This document shows positions 43,811 through 58,479 of a DNA stretch of 64,000 nt, piece after piece. The stretch lies in the NCBI RefSeq assembly GCF_009914755.1, contig NC_060931.1. The stretch is one strand, 5' to 3'. The position numbers and the translations under genes are program-made. This stretch comes from the human T2T-CHM13v2.0 reference genome, Homo sapiens. Positions within the stretch are counted from its first letter, which is position 1. Every line of letters starts with the position of its first letter. The notes beneath the pieces were generated by a model. The model worked only from the letters and a program-made list of their open reading frames with translations, did no database searches and was not told where the DNA came from.

Positions 43811-45617
43811 ATATGTAGTGTTAGTGCACTCTCTTTCAAACCACAGATATTGTCACATAAGAATTTGTATTAAATCTCATGTTGACCATGCCACACAAAT
43901 CATAATCATAGGCTTATTAAAGCAATAAATGCTTCTGCCACTGATGTATTTTCCTTTACAGAACACATAAGAGATTCCCTATATTTTTCCTCATAAAATA
44001 AAAAATAAAGAGAAGATAAGAGAGTGGAAACTTCCCTTCCAATTCCTCACCTGGCTGGTTCATGTCCTGTGGATCTGTTCCACCTGCTTTTTTTTTTTTT
44101 TTTTTTTTTTTTCAGTTTTCACTGCAAAGACAAGTGGCTGGCTGGCTGGCTGCCAACTAAGGGAGAGTAATTTGAAGAATGCTTGGGAGATCTCAGATTC
44201 AACTATTTTGATCTCTCTTCTATTCCTTAGATGCAGAAAATGCCTACCTGCTAATCTCACACAGAAGTCCCCAAAGACATATGTCCTTAGAGCTAATTCC
44301 AGGGTACTGAAGTGAAAAAATGCTTTTTATTGGATTTCAGATGTATTTTTCCTCCAGCTGAACCACAGAAATCTTACTGTTGCTATAAACTGAACAGTGT
44401 CCTCTCGTATCTCAAATTACATTCCTGGGAGAGATTCTAGCTCACACATAGGACAGATCCATCACTCTATTAACTATCTACTGTTTCCCTCTGTTGCTTA
44501 ATTCTTTTTTCCCCTCTATTTCTATTTTCCACAGTCAGTAGAAAGCACTACCATTGATGGGGATTACTATAAAGAACAAAAGAATATTTTCAATTACCTA
44601 TCTTTAAATCAAGACACTACTTCTGAAAATGCCTCTCTCCTATTTGATTTGAAATGACCTTACACATAAATGGACGTCCAGAGCCCCATTTTATTCTGGT
44701 CTATATAAATTGTTAGTTGTCCATGACCCCTGCTTCATTCAAGTGACCTTTCTTCTAATTCAGGATTTTGCTGACCTTATTTTCTATAATTACTCATATT
44801 TAAGAGGTTGTCTAATACCATCCAACTCATTTACATAACTGAGGCAGGCAAATCCAGGACAGGACCTTAAGCTTCTTCTACAAGTCCAGTGCCCCTTCCC
44901 GGCTGTCTAATCCAATTTGATGCTTTTTCTGATAGAGCTTCTGTTATTCGGTATGTTTGCATCCATTTGTATGCACCCAGAAGAATGGACGCAGTGTTTA
45001 CAAAAATAAAATGATAAAAAGCACAGAAATTTTTTAAAAGAATGAAAACCAGAGCGATTAGCTGATTTAACATTATCTGTAGGAATTAACAACTAAAACG
45101 ACTTGCCTTTCAAACAACATTATGAATTTTTTTAAATCATGGGTATTGATTACGAATATGTTAAAAGTTAAAAGGTTCTCCTGATTTTCTTTCACTACCC
45201 TCAGTATTGTGCCAGCGAAGAATATAGTTTTCCAGATTCTTCTAGGGTTCACTAGAAACTTTAAAATGTTCTAAAAGATTTTATCTGAGGAAACCCAACC
45301 TAATTCTATAGAGATCTACTAAACCTAAGCTCTCTCTTCATCCTCACACATTTCAAAAATTTTCCACACACATTGTAAAATTCATGTAAACAACTGAATG
45401 TAAAAATTATTTTTAGGTAAAATATAACTTTCATATCTCTTAAGTAATAACAATAAATAATTACAAGTAAATAACTACAGTTAAATAGATTCCTTTTTGA
45501 ATTAAAAGATAATTTTAATTAAGATAACTAGATAAGATAGAAAATTCTTAAGAGTTCTTCCAATAAGTTATTGATAAGAGCAAGTAATAGTAAAAATAAA
45601 TGTATTTTGCATTATAG

Positions 45618-45635
45618 TGAAAAACTGGTTAACAC
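45618..45635 (+). repeat. 18-bp target-site duplication, left copy (tgaaaaactggttaacac)
   Basis: Identical copy at 53175-53192. Confidence 0.93.
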
Positions 45636-46494
<859 letters not shown>

Positions 46495-46496
46495 TT

Positions 46497-46514
46497 TAGC
46501 GACCACGAAGGGAC
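46497..46514 (+). promoter_or_regulatory. Retroviral primer binding site (tagcgaccacgaagggac)
   Basis: Sits 2 nt after the LTR terminal CA and is one mismatch from TGGCGACCACGAAGGGAC. Confidence 0.8.
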
Positions 46515-47192
46515 CTCCAAAGCGGTAATATTGGACCACTTTCACTTGCTATTCTGTCCTATCCTTCCTTAGAATTGGAGGAAAATACCGGACACCTGTC
46601 GGCCGGTTAAAAACGATTAGCGTGGCCTCCGGACTTAAGACTCAGGTGTGAGGCTATCTGGGGAAGGGCTTTCTAACAACCCCCAACCCTTCTGGGTTGG
46701 GAATGTTGGTCTGCCTGGAGCCAGCTTCCACTTTCAATTTTCCTGGGGAAGCCAAGGGCCGACTAGAGGCAGAAAGCTGTTGTCCCAAATTCCCGGCAGT
46801 AGCCGGTTGAGATCATGGCGCAGCCAGAAGTCTCTACTCAACAGTCACCCATGCATGCGCCCCTATCTTTCCTTCTGACCCATACCTCCTGGGTCCTAAC
46901 CATGACTTTCTTAAAAGGGTAGCCCCAAAATTCTCCTTACCTCTGAATCTACTTCCTCTGATCCCTGCCTCCTAGGTGCTAATGGTTCAGACTTTCATTT
47001 CCTCTAGCAAGTTGTATCTCCAAAGGGATATAAGGAAGCTCTACACTGTATCCTTAGGCATCTAGGCTCTAAACCCAGGGAGTCTTGTCCCTGATGTCCC
47101 TACCGATTTAGGTATACAGTTCTCGACATGGGCAGTTATGTGGGACCCATTCCCCACCACCCTTGCCAGGGCCCCAAGTTTGTAAATGGCTA

Positions 47193-47369
47193 AGAGAGGA
47201 AAGTGAGAGAGAGAGAGACAGAGTGAGACACAGAGAGAGGGAGAGACAGAGAGAGAGACAGAGAGGAGAGAGACACAGAGAGGGGAGAGACACAGAGAGG
47301 AGAAAGAGGCAGAGAGACAAAGAGGGAGTCAAAGAGAGAAAGAAAGAAAAAGAAATAGTAGAAAAAAAA
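47193..47369 (+). repeat. GA-rich low-complexity tract in the HERV-W leader
   Basis: Near-pure purine (GA/GAGACA)n run, typical of the HERV-W pre-gag leader. Confidence 0.85.
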
Positions 47370-48454
47370 GTGTGCCCTATTCCTTTAAAAGCCAGGGTAA
47401 ATTTAAAAAACCTATACTTGATAATTGAAGGTCTTCTCCATGACCCTGTAACACTCTAATACTACCTTGTTCTCAGTGTAAACAAGGGTGTAGCCTGAAA
47501 ACACTGAGACCGCTGACAACCCATAGCTTTCCTATAAAAAATCCTTAACCCAGTAACCCGCAGATGGCCCAAATGCATTCAATCTGTAGTGGCAACTGCT
47601 TTGCTAACAGAATAAAGTAGAAAAGTAACTTTTAGAGGAAACCTCATTGTGAGCACACCTCACCAGTTCAGAATTATTCTAAGTCAAAAAAGCAAAAAGG
47701 TAGCTTACTAACTCAAAAATCTTAAAGTATGGGGTTATTTTGTTAGAAAAAGGTAATTTAACACTAATCACTGATAATTCCCTTAACCCAGAAGATTTCC
47801 TAACAGGAGATTTAAATCTTAATTACCATACAAAGGTCTGACCAGACCTAGGAGGAACTCCCTTCAGTACAGGATGATAGATGGTTCCTCCCAGGTGAAT
47901 GAGAAAAAAATCACAATGGGTATTCAGTAATTGATAGGGAGACTCTTGTGGAAGCAGAGTTAGAAAAACTGCCTAATAATTGGTCTCCCCAAACCTGCGA
48001 GCTGTTTGCACTCAGCCAAGCCTTAAAGTACTTCTAGAATCAAAAAGATTATCTCAATCCTGACTCAAAAGGTTACCTACACCCTCTGTGAAACGAATTT
48101 ACTTAAGAACTGTTTATGGGACTGCATCTTGATGGGGCAGCTGGGTTGTCATGAAATACTCAGGAATGCAGCCTAGCTCTAGGACTCACCCCTGAGCACA
48201 AAGGCAATGTTGGGCATGCTGGTAAAGGACCACTAGAATCCAGCAGTCCGAACCCCTTTCTTTGGGTTAAGAAAGGCGGGAAAACAGGCGCAGGACTGCT
48301 ACATTGGTAAGCGTAACTAATCCAATAAGCAGAGGTCCATGGGTGGTGACACACTCTGGAAAGGAATAAGCATTAGGACCATAGAGGACGCTCTACGACT
48401 AATGCTCGTCGGAAAATGACTAGAGGTGCTGGCATCCCTATGTTCTTTTTTCAG

Positions 48455-49887
48455 ATGGGAAATGTTCCCCCTCAAGGCAAAAACACCCCTAAGATGTATT
48501 CTGGACAATTGGGACCAATTTGACCCTCAGACTCTAAGAAAGAAACGACTTATATTCTTCTGCATTACCTCCTGGCCACAATATCCTCTTCAAGGGGGAG
48601 AAACCTGGCCTCCTGAGGGAAGTATAAATTATAACACTATCTTACAGCTAGACCTCTTTTGTAGAAAAGAAGGCAAATGGAGTGAAGTGCCATATGTACA
48701 AACTTTCTTTTCATTAAGAGACAACTCGCAATTATGTAAAAAGTGTGATTTATGCCCTACAGGAAGCTCTCAGAGTCTACCTCCCTACCCCGGCATCCCC
48801 CTGACTCCTTCTCCAACTAATAAGCAACCCCCTTCAACCCAAATGGTCCAAAAGGAGATAGACAAAGGGGTAAATAATGAACCAAAGAGTGCCAATATTC
48901 CCCGTTTATGCCCCCTCCAAGCAGTGGGAGGAGGAGAATTCGGCCCAGCCAGAGCGCATGTACCTTTTTCTCTCTCAGACTTGAAGCAAATTAAAATAGA
49001 CCTAGGTCAATTCTCAGATAACCCTGATGGCTATATTGATGTTTACAAGGGTTAGGACAATCTGATCTGACATGGAGAGATGTAATGTTACTGCTAAATC
49101 AGACACTAACCCCAAATGAGAGAAGTGCCACCATAACTGCAGCCCGAGAGTTTGGCGATCTCTGGTATCTCAGTCAGGTCAATGACAGGATGACAACAGA
49201 GGAAAGAGAACGATTGCCCACAGGCCAGCAGGAAGTTCCCAGTGTACACCCTCACTGGGACACAGAATCAAAACACGGAGATTGGTGCCGCAGACATTTG
49301 CTAACTTGCATGCTAGAAGGACTAAGGAAAACTAGGAAAAAGCCCATGAATTATTCAATGATGTCCACTATAACACAGGGTAAGGAAGAAAATCCTACCG
49401 CCTTTCTGGAGAGACTAAGGGAGGCCTTGAGAAAGCATACCTCTCTGTCACCTGACTCTATTGAAGGCCAACTAATCTTAAAGGATAAGTTTATCACTCA
49501 GTCAGCTACAGACATCAGAAAAAACTTCAAAAACTTAGAAACCCTATTGAACTTGGCAACCTTGGTTTTTCATAATAGAGATAAGGAGAAGCAGGCAGAA
49601 CAAGACAAACGGGATTTAAAAAAGGCTACCGCTTTAGTTATGGCCCTCAGGCAAGCAGACTTTGGAGGCTCTGGAACACGGAAAGGCTGGGCAAATCCAA
49701 TGCCTAATAGGGCTTGCTTCCAGTGTGGTCTACAAGGACACTTTAAAAAGATTGTCCAAATACAAATAAGCCACCCCCTCATCCATGCCCCTTATGTCAA
49801 AGGAATCAATGGAAGGCCCACTGCCCCAGGGGACAAAGGTCCTCTGAGTCAGAAGCCACTAACCAGATGATCCGGCAGCAGGACTGA
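48455..49887 (+). pseudogene. gag: HERV-W gag, disrupted
   Basis: ATG GGA AAT GTT (MGNV) at 48455 is followed by a frameshift. Fragments include [18 protein letters not shown], the major homology region QGKEENPTAFLERL and a partial zinc knuckle CFQCGLQGHFKK. Ends caggacTGA. Confidence 0.9.
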
Positions 49888-52487
49888 GGGTGCCTGGGGC
49901 AAGCGCCAGCCCAACCCATCACCCTCACAGAGCCCCGGGTATGCTTGACCATTGAGGGCCAGGAGGTTAACTGTTTCCTGGACACTGGCTCGGCCTTCTC
50001 AGTCTTACTCTCCTGTCCCGGACAACTGTCTTCCACATCTGTCACTATCCGAGGGGTCCTAGGACAGCCAGTCACTTGATACTTCTCCCAGCCACTAAGT
50101 TGTGACTGGGGAACTTTACTCTTTCACATGCTTTTCTAATTATGCCTGAAAGCCCCACTCCCTTGTTAGGGAGAGACATTCTAGCAAAAGCAGGGGCCAT
50201 TATACACCTGAACATAGGAGAAGGAACAACCGTTTGTGGTCCCTTGCTTGAGGAAGGAATTAATCCTGAAGTCTGGGCAACAGAAGGACAATATGGATGA
50301 GCAAAAAATGCCCATCCTGTTCAAATTAAACTAAAGGATTCTGTCCCCTTTCCCTACCAAAGGCAGTACCCCCTTAGACCCGAGGCCCAACAAAGACTCA
50401 ATAAAATTAAGGAACTAAAAGCCCAAGGCTTAGTAAAACCATTCAATAGTCCCTCCAATACTCCAATTCTAGGAGTACAGAAACCCAATGGACAGTGGAG
50501 GTTAGTGCAAGATCTCAGGATTATCAGTGAGGCCGTTGTCCCTCTATACCCAGCTGTACCTAACCCTTATACTCTGCTTTCCCAAATACCATAGGAAGCA
50601 GAGTGGTTTATAATCCTGGACCTTAAGGATGCCTTTTTCTGCATCCCTGTACATCCTGACTCTCGATTCTTTTTTGCCTTTGAAGATCCTTCGAACCCAA
50701 CGTCTCAACTCACTTGGACTGTTTTACCCCAAGGGTTCAGGGATAGCCCCCATCTATTTGGCCAGACATTAGCCCAAGACTTGAGCCAGTTCTCATACCT
50801 GGACACTCTTGTCCTTCAGTAAGTGAATGATTTACTTTCAGCTGCCCGTTCAGAAACCTTGTGCCATCAAGCCACCCAAGCACTCTTAAATTTCCTTGCC
50901 ACCTGTGGCTACAAGGTTTCCAAACCAAAGCTCAACTCTGCTCAGAACAGGCTAAATACTTAGGGCTAAAATTATCCAAAGGCACCAGGGCCCTCAGTGA
51001 GGAACGTATCCAGCCCATACTGGCTTATCCTCATCCCAAAACCCTAAAGCAACTAAGAGGGTTCTTTGGCATACCAGGCTTCTGCCGAATATGGATTCCC
51101 AGGTACGGCGAAATAGCTAGGCCATTATATACACTAATTTAGGAAACTCAGAAAGCCAATACCCATTTAGTAAGATGGACACCTGAAGCAGAAGCGGCTT
51201 TCCAGGCCCTGAAGAAGGCCCTAACCCAAGCCCCAGTGTTAATAAGCTTGCCAACGGGGCAAGACTTTCCTTTATATGTCACAGAAAAAACAGAAATAGC
51301 TCTAGGAGTCCTTACACAGGTCCAAGGGACAAGCCTGCAACCCATGGCATACCTGAGTAAGGAAACTGATGTAGTGGCAAAGGGTTGGCCTCATTGTTTA
51401 CAGGTAGTGGCGGCAGTAGCAGTCTTAGTATCTGAAGCAGTTAAAGTAATACAGGAAAGAGATCTTACTGTGTGGACATCTCATGATGTGAATGGCATAC
51501 TCACTGCTAAAGGAGACTTGTGGCTGTCAGACAACCGTTTACTTAAATATCAGGCTCTACTGCTTGAAGGACCAGTGCTGCGACTGTGCACTTGTGCAAC
51601 TCTTAACCCAGCCACATTTCTTCCAGGCAATGAAGAAAAGATATAACATAACTGTCAACAAGTAATTGTTCAAACCTACGCCACTCAAGGGGACCTTTTA
51701 GAGGTTCCCCTGACTGATCCCGACCTCAACTTGTATACTGATGGAAGTTCCTTCGTAGAAAAAGGGCTTCAAAAAGTGGGGTATGCAGTTGTCAGTGATA
51801 ATGGAATACTTGAAAGTAATCCCCTCACTCCAGGAACTAGTGCTCAGCTGGCAGAACTAATAGCCCTCATTCAGGCAGTAGAATTAGAAGGAAAAAGGGT
51901 AAATATATATACAGACTCTAAGTATGCTTACCTAGTCCTCCATGCCCATGCAGCAATATGGAGAGAAAGGGGATTCCTAACTTCCGAGGGAACACCTATC
52001 AAACATCAGGAAGCCATTAGGAGATTATTATTGGCGGTACAGAAACCTAAAGAGGTGGCAGTCTTACACTGCTGGGGTCATCAGAAAGGAAAGGAAAGGG
52101 AAATAGAAGGGAACTGCCAAGCGGACATTGAAGCAAAAAGAGCTGCAAGGCAGGACCCTCCATTAGAAATGCTTATAGAAGGACCCCTAGTATGTGGTAA
52201 TCCCCTCTGGGAAACCAAGCCCCAGTACTCAAAAGAAGAAATAGAATGGGGAACCTCATGAGGACATAGTTTCCTCCCCTCAGGATGGCTAGCCACCAAA
52301 GAAGGAAAAATACTTTTGCCTGCAGCTAACCAATGGAAATTACTTAAAACCCTTCATCAAACCTTTCACTTAGGCATTGATAACACCCATTAGATGACCA
52401 AATCATTATTTACTAGACCAGGCCTTTTCAAAACTATCAAGCAGATATAGTCAGGGCCTGTAAAGTGTGCCAATGAAATAATCCCCT
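49888..52487 (+). pseudogene. pol: HERV-W pro-pol (protease, RT, RNase H, integrase N-terminus only), disrupted
   Basis: Protease FLDTG near 49975. RT LPQGFRDSP near 50724. YVDD is decayed to TAA-GTG-AAT-GAT (50820-50831). RNase H YTDGSS...AELIAL...IYTDSKY (ORF 51731-52261). Integrase HQTFHLG...CKVC is then truncated. Confidence 0.92.
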
Positions 52488-52762
52488 ACACTACACACCA
52501 TACATTTCAATCACCATACATTTCAATCCCTGTATCTTTAACCTCCTTGTTAAGTTTGTCTGTTCCAGAATCAAAGCTGTAAAACTACACATCGTTCTTC
52601 AAATGGATCCCCAGAGGCAGTCCATGACTAAGATCTACCATGGACCCCTGGACTGGCCTGCTAGCCCATGCTCTGATGTTAATGACACCAAAGGCAACCC
52701 TCCTGAGGAAATCTCAACTGCACCACCCCTACTATGCCCCAATTCAGCAGGAAGCAGTTGGA
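52488..52762 (+). pseudogene. env: HERV-W env remnant (tiny SU fragment plus end of TM and cytoplasmic tail)
   Basis: ccatacatttcaatccctgta (PYISIPV-like SU piece) is fused to PCIFNLLVKFVCSRIKAVKL...MDPQRQSMTKIYHGPLD...PEEISTA...PNSAGSS, which resembles the syncytin-1/HERV-W Env tail. Confidence 0.88.
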
Positions 52763-52819
52763 GCGGTCATCGGCCAACCTCCCCAACAGCATTTGGGTTT
52801 TCCTGTTGAGAGGGGGTAC

Positions 52820-53143
52820 TGAGAGACAGGACTAGCTGGATTTCCTAGGCCAACTAAGAATCCCTAAGCCTAGCTGGGAAGGTGACTGCAACCACCTTTA
52901 AACACGGGGCTTGCAACTTACCTCACACCCGACCAATCAGGTAGTAAAGAGAGCTCACTAAAATGCTAATTAGGCAAAAATAGGAGGTAAAGAAATAGCC
53001 AATCATCTATCGCCTGAGAGCACAGTGAGAGGGACAATGATCGGGATATAAACCCAGGCATTCGAGCTGGCAATGGCTATGCTCTTCGGGTCCCCTCCTT
53101 TTGCATGGGAGCTCTGTTTTCACTCTATTAAATCTTGCAACTG
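52820..53143 (+). repeat. 3' truncated LTR17 (U3-R only), preceded by a polypurine tract
   Basis: gagaggggg PPT, then tgagagacaggactagctgg. CCAAT at 52933 and 52999, ATGCTAAT at 52963, TATAAA at 53047, ATTAAA at 53127. Confidence 0.92.
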
Positions 53144-53174
53144 AAAAAAAACCCCTGCAAAAACCAAACCAAAA

Positions 53175-53192
53175 TGAAAAACTGGTTAACAC
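53175..53192 (+). repeat. 18-bp target-site duplication, right copy
   Basis: Identical to 45618-45635; follows the degenerate A-rich tail at 53144-53174. Confidence 0.93.
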
Positions 53193-54133
53193 GTCTAATA
53201 TTTCCATAACTCATTTTTTGCTGCTATGAAGAGTAACAGCACGTACTACTCTCCCAAAGTGAGCAATTAATAATAAAGTTCAATGAACTGTTTATACTCC
53301 ATACTGACATTCTGTCCCATTAAATACCAATTCCCTAAGTATTTATTAAATGACTATTACATGAAATGTACCATTTTAGGAGCTATTGGGTATAGATAGA
53401 AATTTTATAGTGGGAGAAACCACAGGAATTATTTAGCTTATATTTCTTACTTCATAGTTGAGAAAAAAAGTACATAGAGACAATTGCCTAGTATGGGCAA
53501 TAATGTCCTAACCTTATTTCCAAACAAAAATACATTTTAGAAATTAGGGCATCATTCTTGCTGCCTTTCATTATATGAAGTCAAGGATAAGGGGGAGGGA
53601 GAAGATAAGAAGGAAGGCTTGCTTCTGACTCTATCAATAGAATAGGATTCAACTCAATCTGTGGAAGTTTTACTGAAACAAATTAGCAGGACCTGATGAA
53701 CAGGGGATAAAGAATGTGGGTCCCTGATAAATTCAATATTTTATAAAGAAATAGTGGAATGATGAAGTGAATTCAAATAGGAAAATTGATTGTTTTACTG
53801 TGTATATTATATATGGACATAAAAGAGGCCTGGAATGAGAACAGAAAGTCTGGGTTCCAGGTTCATCTTTGAACCTTAGTGAACTGTGTAATGCTGGCAA
53901 GTTACTCAACTCAGAAAGGTTCCTCAGTTATTCAGTAAGATGATTGTCTAGGTAATTACAAATATCAAATCTGGCAGTAAGTTCCCAAAATCCCATGGGA
54001 AGTGTTTTGTCTAGAAATAAGGAAAACCTATCTAAATATTAAAGCGGTTCAAAAATGGCAGGCATATCATTACAAAATAGTGTTTATAAGAGCAACTTCT
54101 ACCTTGAGATTGATCTAAATATCCTCAAAATCT

Positions 54134-54488
54134 TGCTATGAACTCTTTGTGTCCTCCCCCCACATTCATATAGTGAAACCCTAATCTTCAATGTGATAGT
54201 ATTCAGAGGAGCAGCCTTTGGGACATAACTAGGTCATGAGGGTGGAGTCTTCATGATGGGATTAATGGCCATATAAGAAAAGACATGACAGAGGTGAGCT
54301 CTCCACCATATGAGGATACAGCAAGCTGGCCATCTGCAAACCAGGAACAGGGCCTTCACCAGGAACCCCACCAGCTGACATCTTGGTCTTGGACTCCCTA
54401 CCTTCCAAAACTGTGAGAAATAAGTTTCTATTGTTTAAGCCACCCAGTCAATAGCACTTTGCTACAGCAGCCTGAGTGAATTAAGGCA
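54134..54488 (+). mobile_element. MaLR solo LTR (MLT1A-type)
   Basis: tgctatgaac...ggtcatgagggtggag...aactgtgagaaataagtttctattgtttaagccacccagt...taaggca. Confidence 0.88.
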
Positions 54489-55384
54489 GTCCAAAAGCTT
54501 TGTCATACGCTGCAAGCTGCACAAGTCTAGCAGGCCTAGAACAATGGGTGTCTGTGGGGGAGCCCAGGAGTCGATGGCAGAGAGCAGATAAAAGCAAGCC
54601 ATGCCAACTGCTGTGGGCTGTAGGAGCCTCTGATGGGCATTAAGCATGAGATGATCCAATTTTTATTTAGAAAGGTTTCTTCGATGGCTGTGTGGGGGAC
54701 AGATTTGAGAAGTTGCTACGGAGACTAGCTGTGGTAGCTCAGGTAAGAAATTATGCAGGCTTCAAGGCAGGCAGTGGGGGTGGCGAGGAGACAATGACTG
54801 TGGGATTTACTTAAGAGGCAGTGTCAACACAATTTAGGAGGAGTGGGAGGAATTTTGAGATATCACATCCAATCTGTTATTTTACGGATGACGAAACTTT
54901 GGGCTAGACAGATTAATTTTCTTGTTTAAGAATCGAAATTTAACTACTGGCAAGACTAAAATTATTTGAGTCTCCTGATTTCCAGGGCTCTTTTTCCTCC
55001 CAACACAGTATGCTTTTTTACATGTTAAAATGTTTTTGCATGTTGAAGTATATTATCCAGTATTAGCCATCTTCGTTATTAAACACTTCTGTATAGGCTA
55101 TTCTGTCATCATGCATTACTCCATATTTCTACTCACTACATGGTTAATTAGCTGGTTAATTCCATTAGGCTAATTTAAGAAAATAATAATATACAGGTTT
55201 ATTTTGAGACTTAAACATTCTTTTATCCTACCTCCTACTCTATTGTAAATAGAGGACAAAAAGTGCTGGGTTTAATGTCACCTCTTACAGTGATGGTATT
55301 TTTCTGGCCAATATGCATGAGATTTGGGAAGATTAAGTGGCAGAAAACCTGGAGCCAGGGTACAGACAGGCTCTCTAACATCTA

Positions 55385-56015
<631 letters not shown>

Positions 56016-57285
56016 TAGAAATTTACAATGTATCTCAAGGAAGTAAGGCATTCATAAATAACATCACAGGGGCCAGGTGAGCAGTAAAAGAAGCTATGGA
56101 GATAAACTCTGTCTAGGCTAATCAGAATTTACCTAGGCTCCAATCCCTCAAAAGCAGAGAAAGAAAATCCCAATAAAATAAAGTCCTGGATTCCATTTCA
56201 AATTCAGAATGAGAACCATCCCCTGAGGATTTGATCCCCAAAAAAATCCTTCTAAGGATGTATATATTCCTTAACTAATAATCCCTAAACCCTGCAATTC
56301 AGGAGTGGAAGTTGTATTTTCCTAACTCAAAGGGATCCAGGATATGCCTGATGAGGGGTTCCTTTAAGTGAGAATCTTTTGCCTATGAGGGCCTTGCAGA
56401 ATGTTTTGAGCAGCTTCCCAAAAATGTGAGGAATGCCTCAAGGCTGGCTACACAAAGCGCTCTCCTTGGTCCTGAGACCTGTCTTTGGTTGAGCTCAGAC
56501 TCTGTTCCCCAGCCAGTGAACTGAACCCCTCCACCTTAGCCCTGCCCTGCTTTATTTACTCTGCCTAAACCCGCCTCCTCTCCACCCCCATACTCTGTGC
56601 ACATCCCAATCACTGCACTCACCATGTTCTAGGAGGGTATATTTATACATTCATCTGTCCCACAGGATGGAGCTCCTTGAGGCTAGAACAGCATTCTGTA
56701 TTCATCTTTGTGCCCCAAATACGCAGGTAAGAAGTAGGCACTCAAAAAATGAATAAATGTCTACGTAATACATGTAACTGTGCTACTTTGTGATGTGTCG
56801 TATCTCCTTTGCTGGGCAGGGAATAAATTTGAGAAAAAGATAGATTTAAGATGTGATTTTCTTGTGGGTAGAGATGTGCATGCATGTGTGTGTGAGTGAG
56901 TGAATATATGTGTGGGAGACACAGTGATAAATTTCAGAGGAGGGGCAGAGCCAGGGCAAAGACCCAGAGTAGGTAACAACAAGGTATGTTCAGAGCTTGA
57001 CAAGTTCTGTTAGGCTGAGCCTGGGGGTTGTGAGGGAGGAGTCAGAAATAAGCCTTATCTGCCAAGTAAGGAGATTGGCTGTTATCCTTGGGCAGGGAAC
57101 AGGAGCTTCAGAAAGATCTTATTTAGAGGACTGACAGGATAAAAGGAGTATTTTAGGGAACAGTGTGCTGCAGGAGAGGATCAAAGGCAAAAATAGCATT
57201 TAAAAAGTTACTAGGGTATTAAATGAGGGGGAAAGGCTCCCTGGGCTTGATTTTTGAGGCAGAGTTTGCAGAAAATAAGAATTGG

Positions 57286-57577
57286 GGCCGGGCGTAGCAG
57301 CTCATGCCTATAATTCCAACACTCTGGGAGGCCGAGGCAAGTGGATCACTGGAGGTCAGGAGTTCGAGACTAGCCTGGCCAATATGGTGAAACTTTATCT
57401 CCACTAAAAATACAAAAAATAGCTGGGCCCTGTAGTCCCAGCCACTCGGGAGGCTGAGGCAGGAGAATCACTGGAAAACCCAGGAAGTGGAGGAAGCAGT
57501 GAGACGAGATCGTGCCACTGCACTCTAGCCTGGGTGACAGAGTGAGACTCCATCTCAGGAAAAAAAAAAAAAAAAAG
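57286..57577 (+). mobile_element. AluS (short deletion at the start of the right monomer)
   Basis: Alu dimer with an A tail. Confidence 0.9.
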
Positions 57578-57907
57578 GAAGGAAAGTCTTTAGGGGCAGC
57601 CAAGGAATGTATGAGCTATCAGGATGGGGGGGAATGTATTGGCAAGACAGGATTTAGGGAAGTTTTGCTATGTGATGCGCTGTGTAAAATCTCTATGTAC
57701 AAAAACCTAAGTATGATCGACATTATTTTTCCAAGGATTTCACAATTGGGCTGATGAGTAATAGAGTGTGACTACAGCCTAGAAACTGACCAAAGAGAGC
57801 ACTGGTTTGCCAAGTTTTAGGTTGGTTGTATTGTTATTACTGCTCTGAGCCTCTCAGCAGTTTTGACTTCACTTATTTAAGTCACTATTCTTGTTACTGC
57901 TCTTTAA

Positions 57908-58220
<313 letters not shown>

Positions 58221-58479
58221 TTAGTTATGAACTCTTAAATCTTGTTCTTAGTCAAGGAGCCAGCCTATTTTTAGATCTTATTTACTATAATGTGTATTTC
58301 ATCTTTTTATTATTAAAAAGAACATTATTAATGGTTTGATACCACTTTTGAATAAATAGGAAGCACTCCCCCTCACAATATGACGTTTCTTACTGTGATA
58401 TTTCTATTTCCCTGCTTTAAAGCACAATAGTCTCTGACCCATCTCCTTGTTTCCACCCTTATCCCTACACCGAGGTCAT

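Noticed and set aside
44045-44250. Minus-strand donor-like sites (CAG|GTGAGG, CAG|GTAGGC)
   Set aside because: No convincing upstream polypyrimidine acceptor on that strand; the adjacent tract is poly(A) on the minus strand.
48426-52261. Functional Gag/Pol expression from the longer ORFs (209, 261, 136 and 176 aa)
   Set aside because: There is a frameshift right after the gag ATG, multiple stops, a destroyed RT YVDD motif, a truncated integrase and no 5' promoter.
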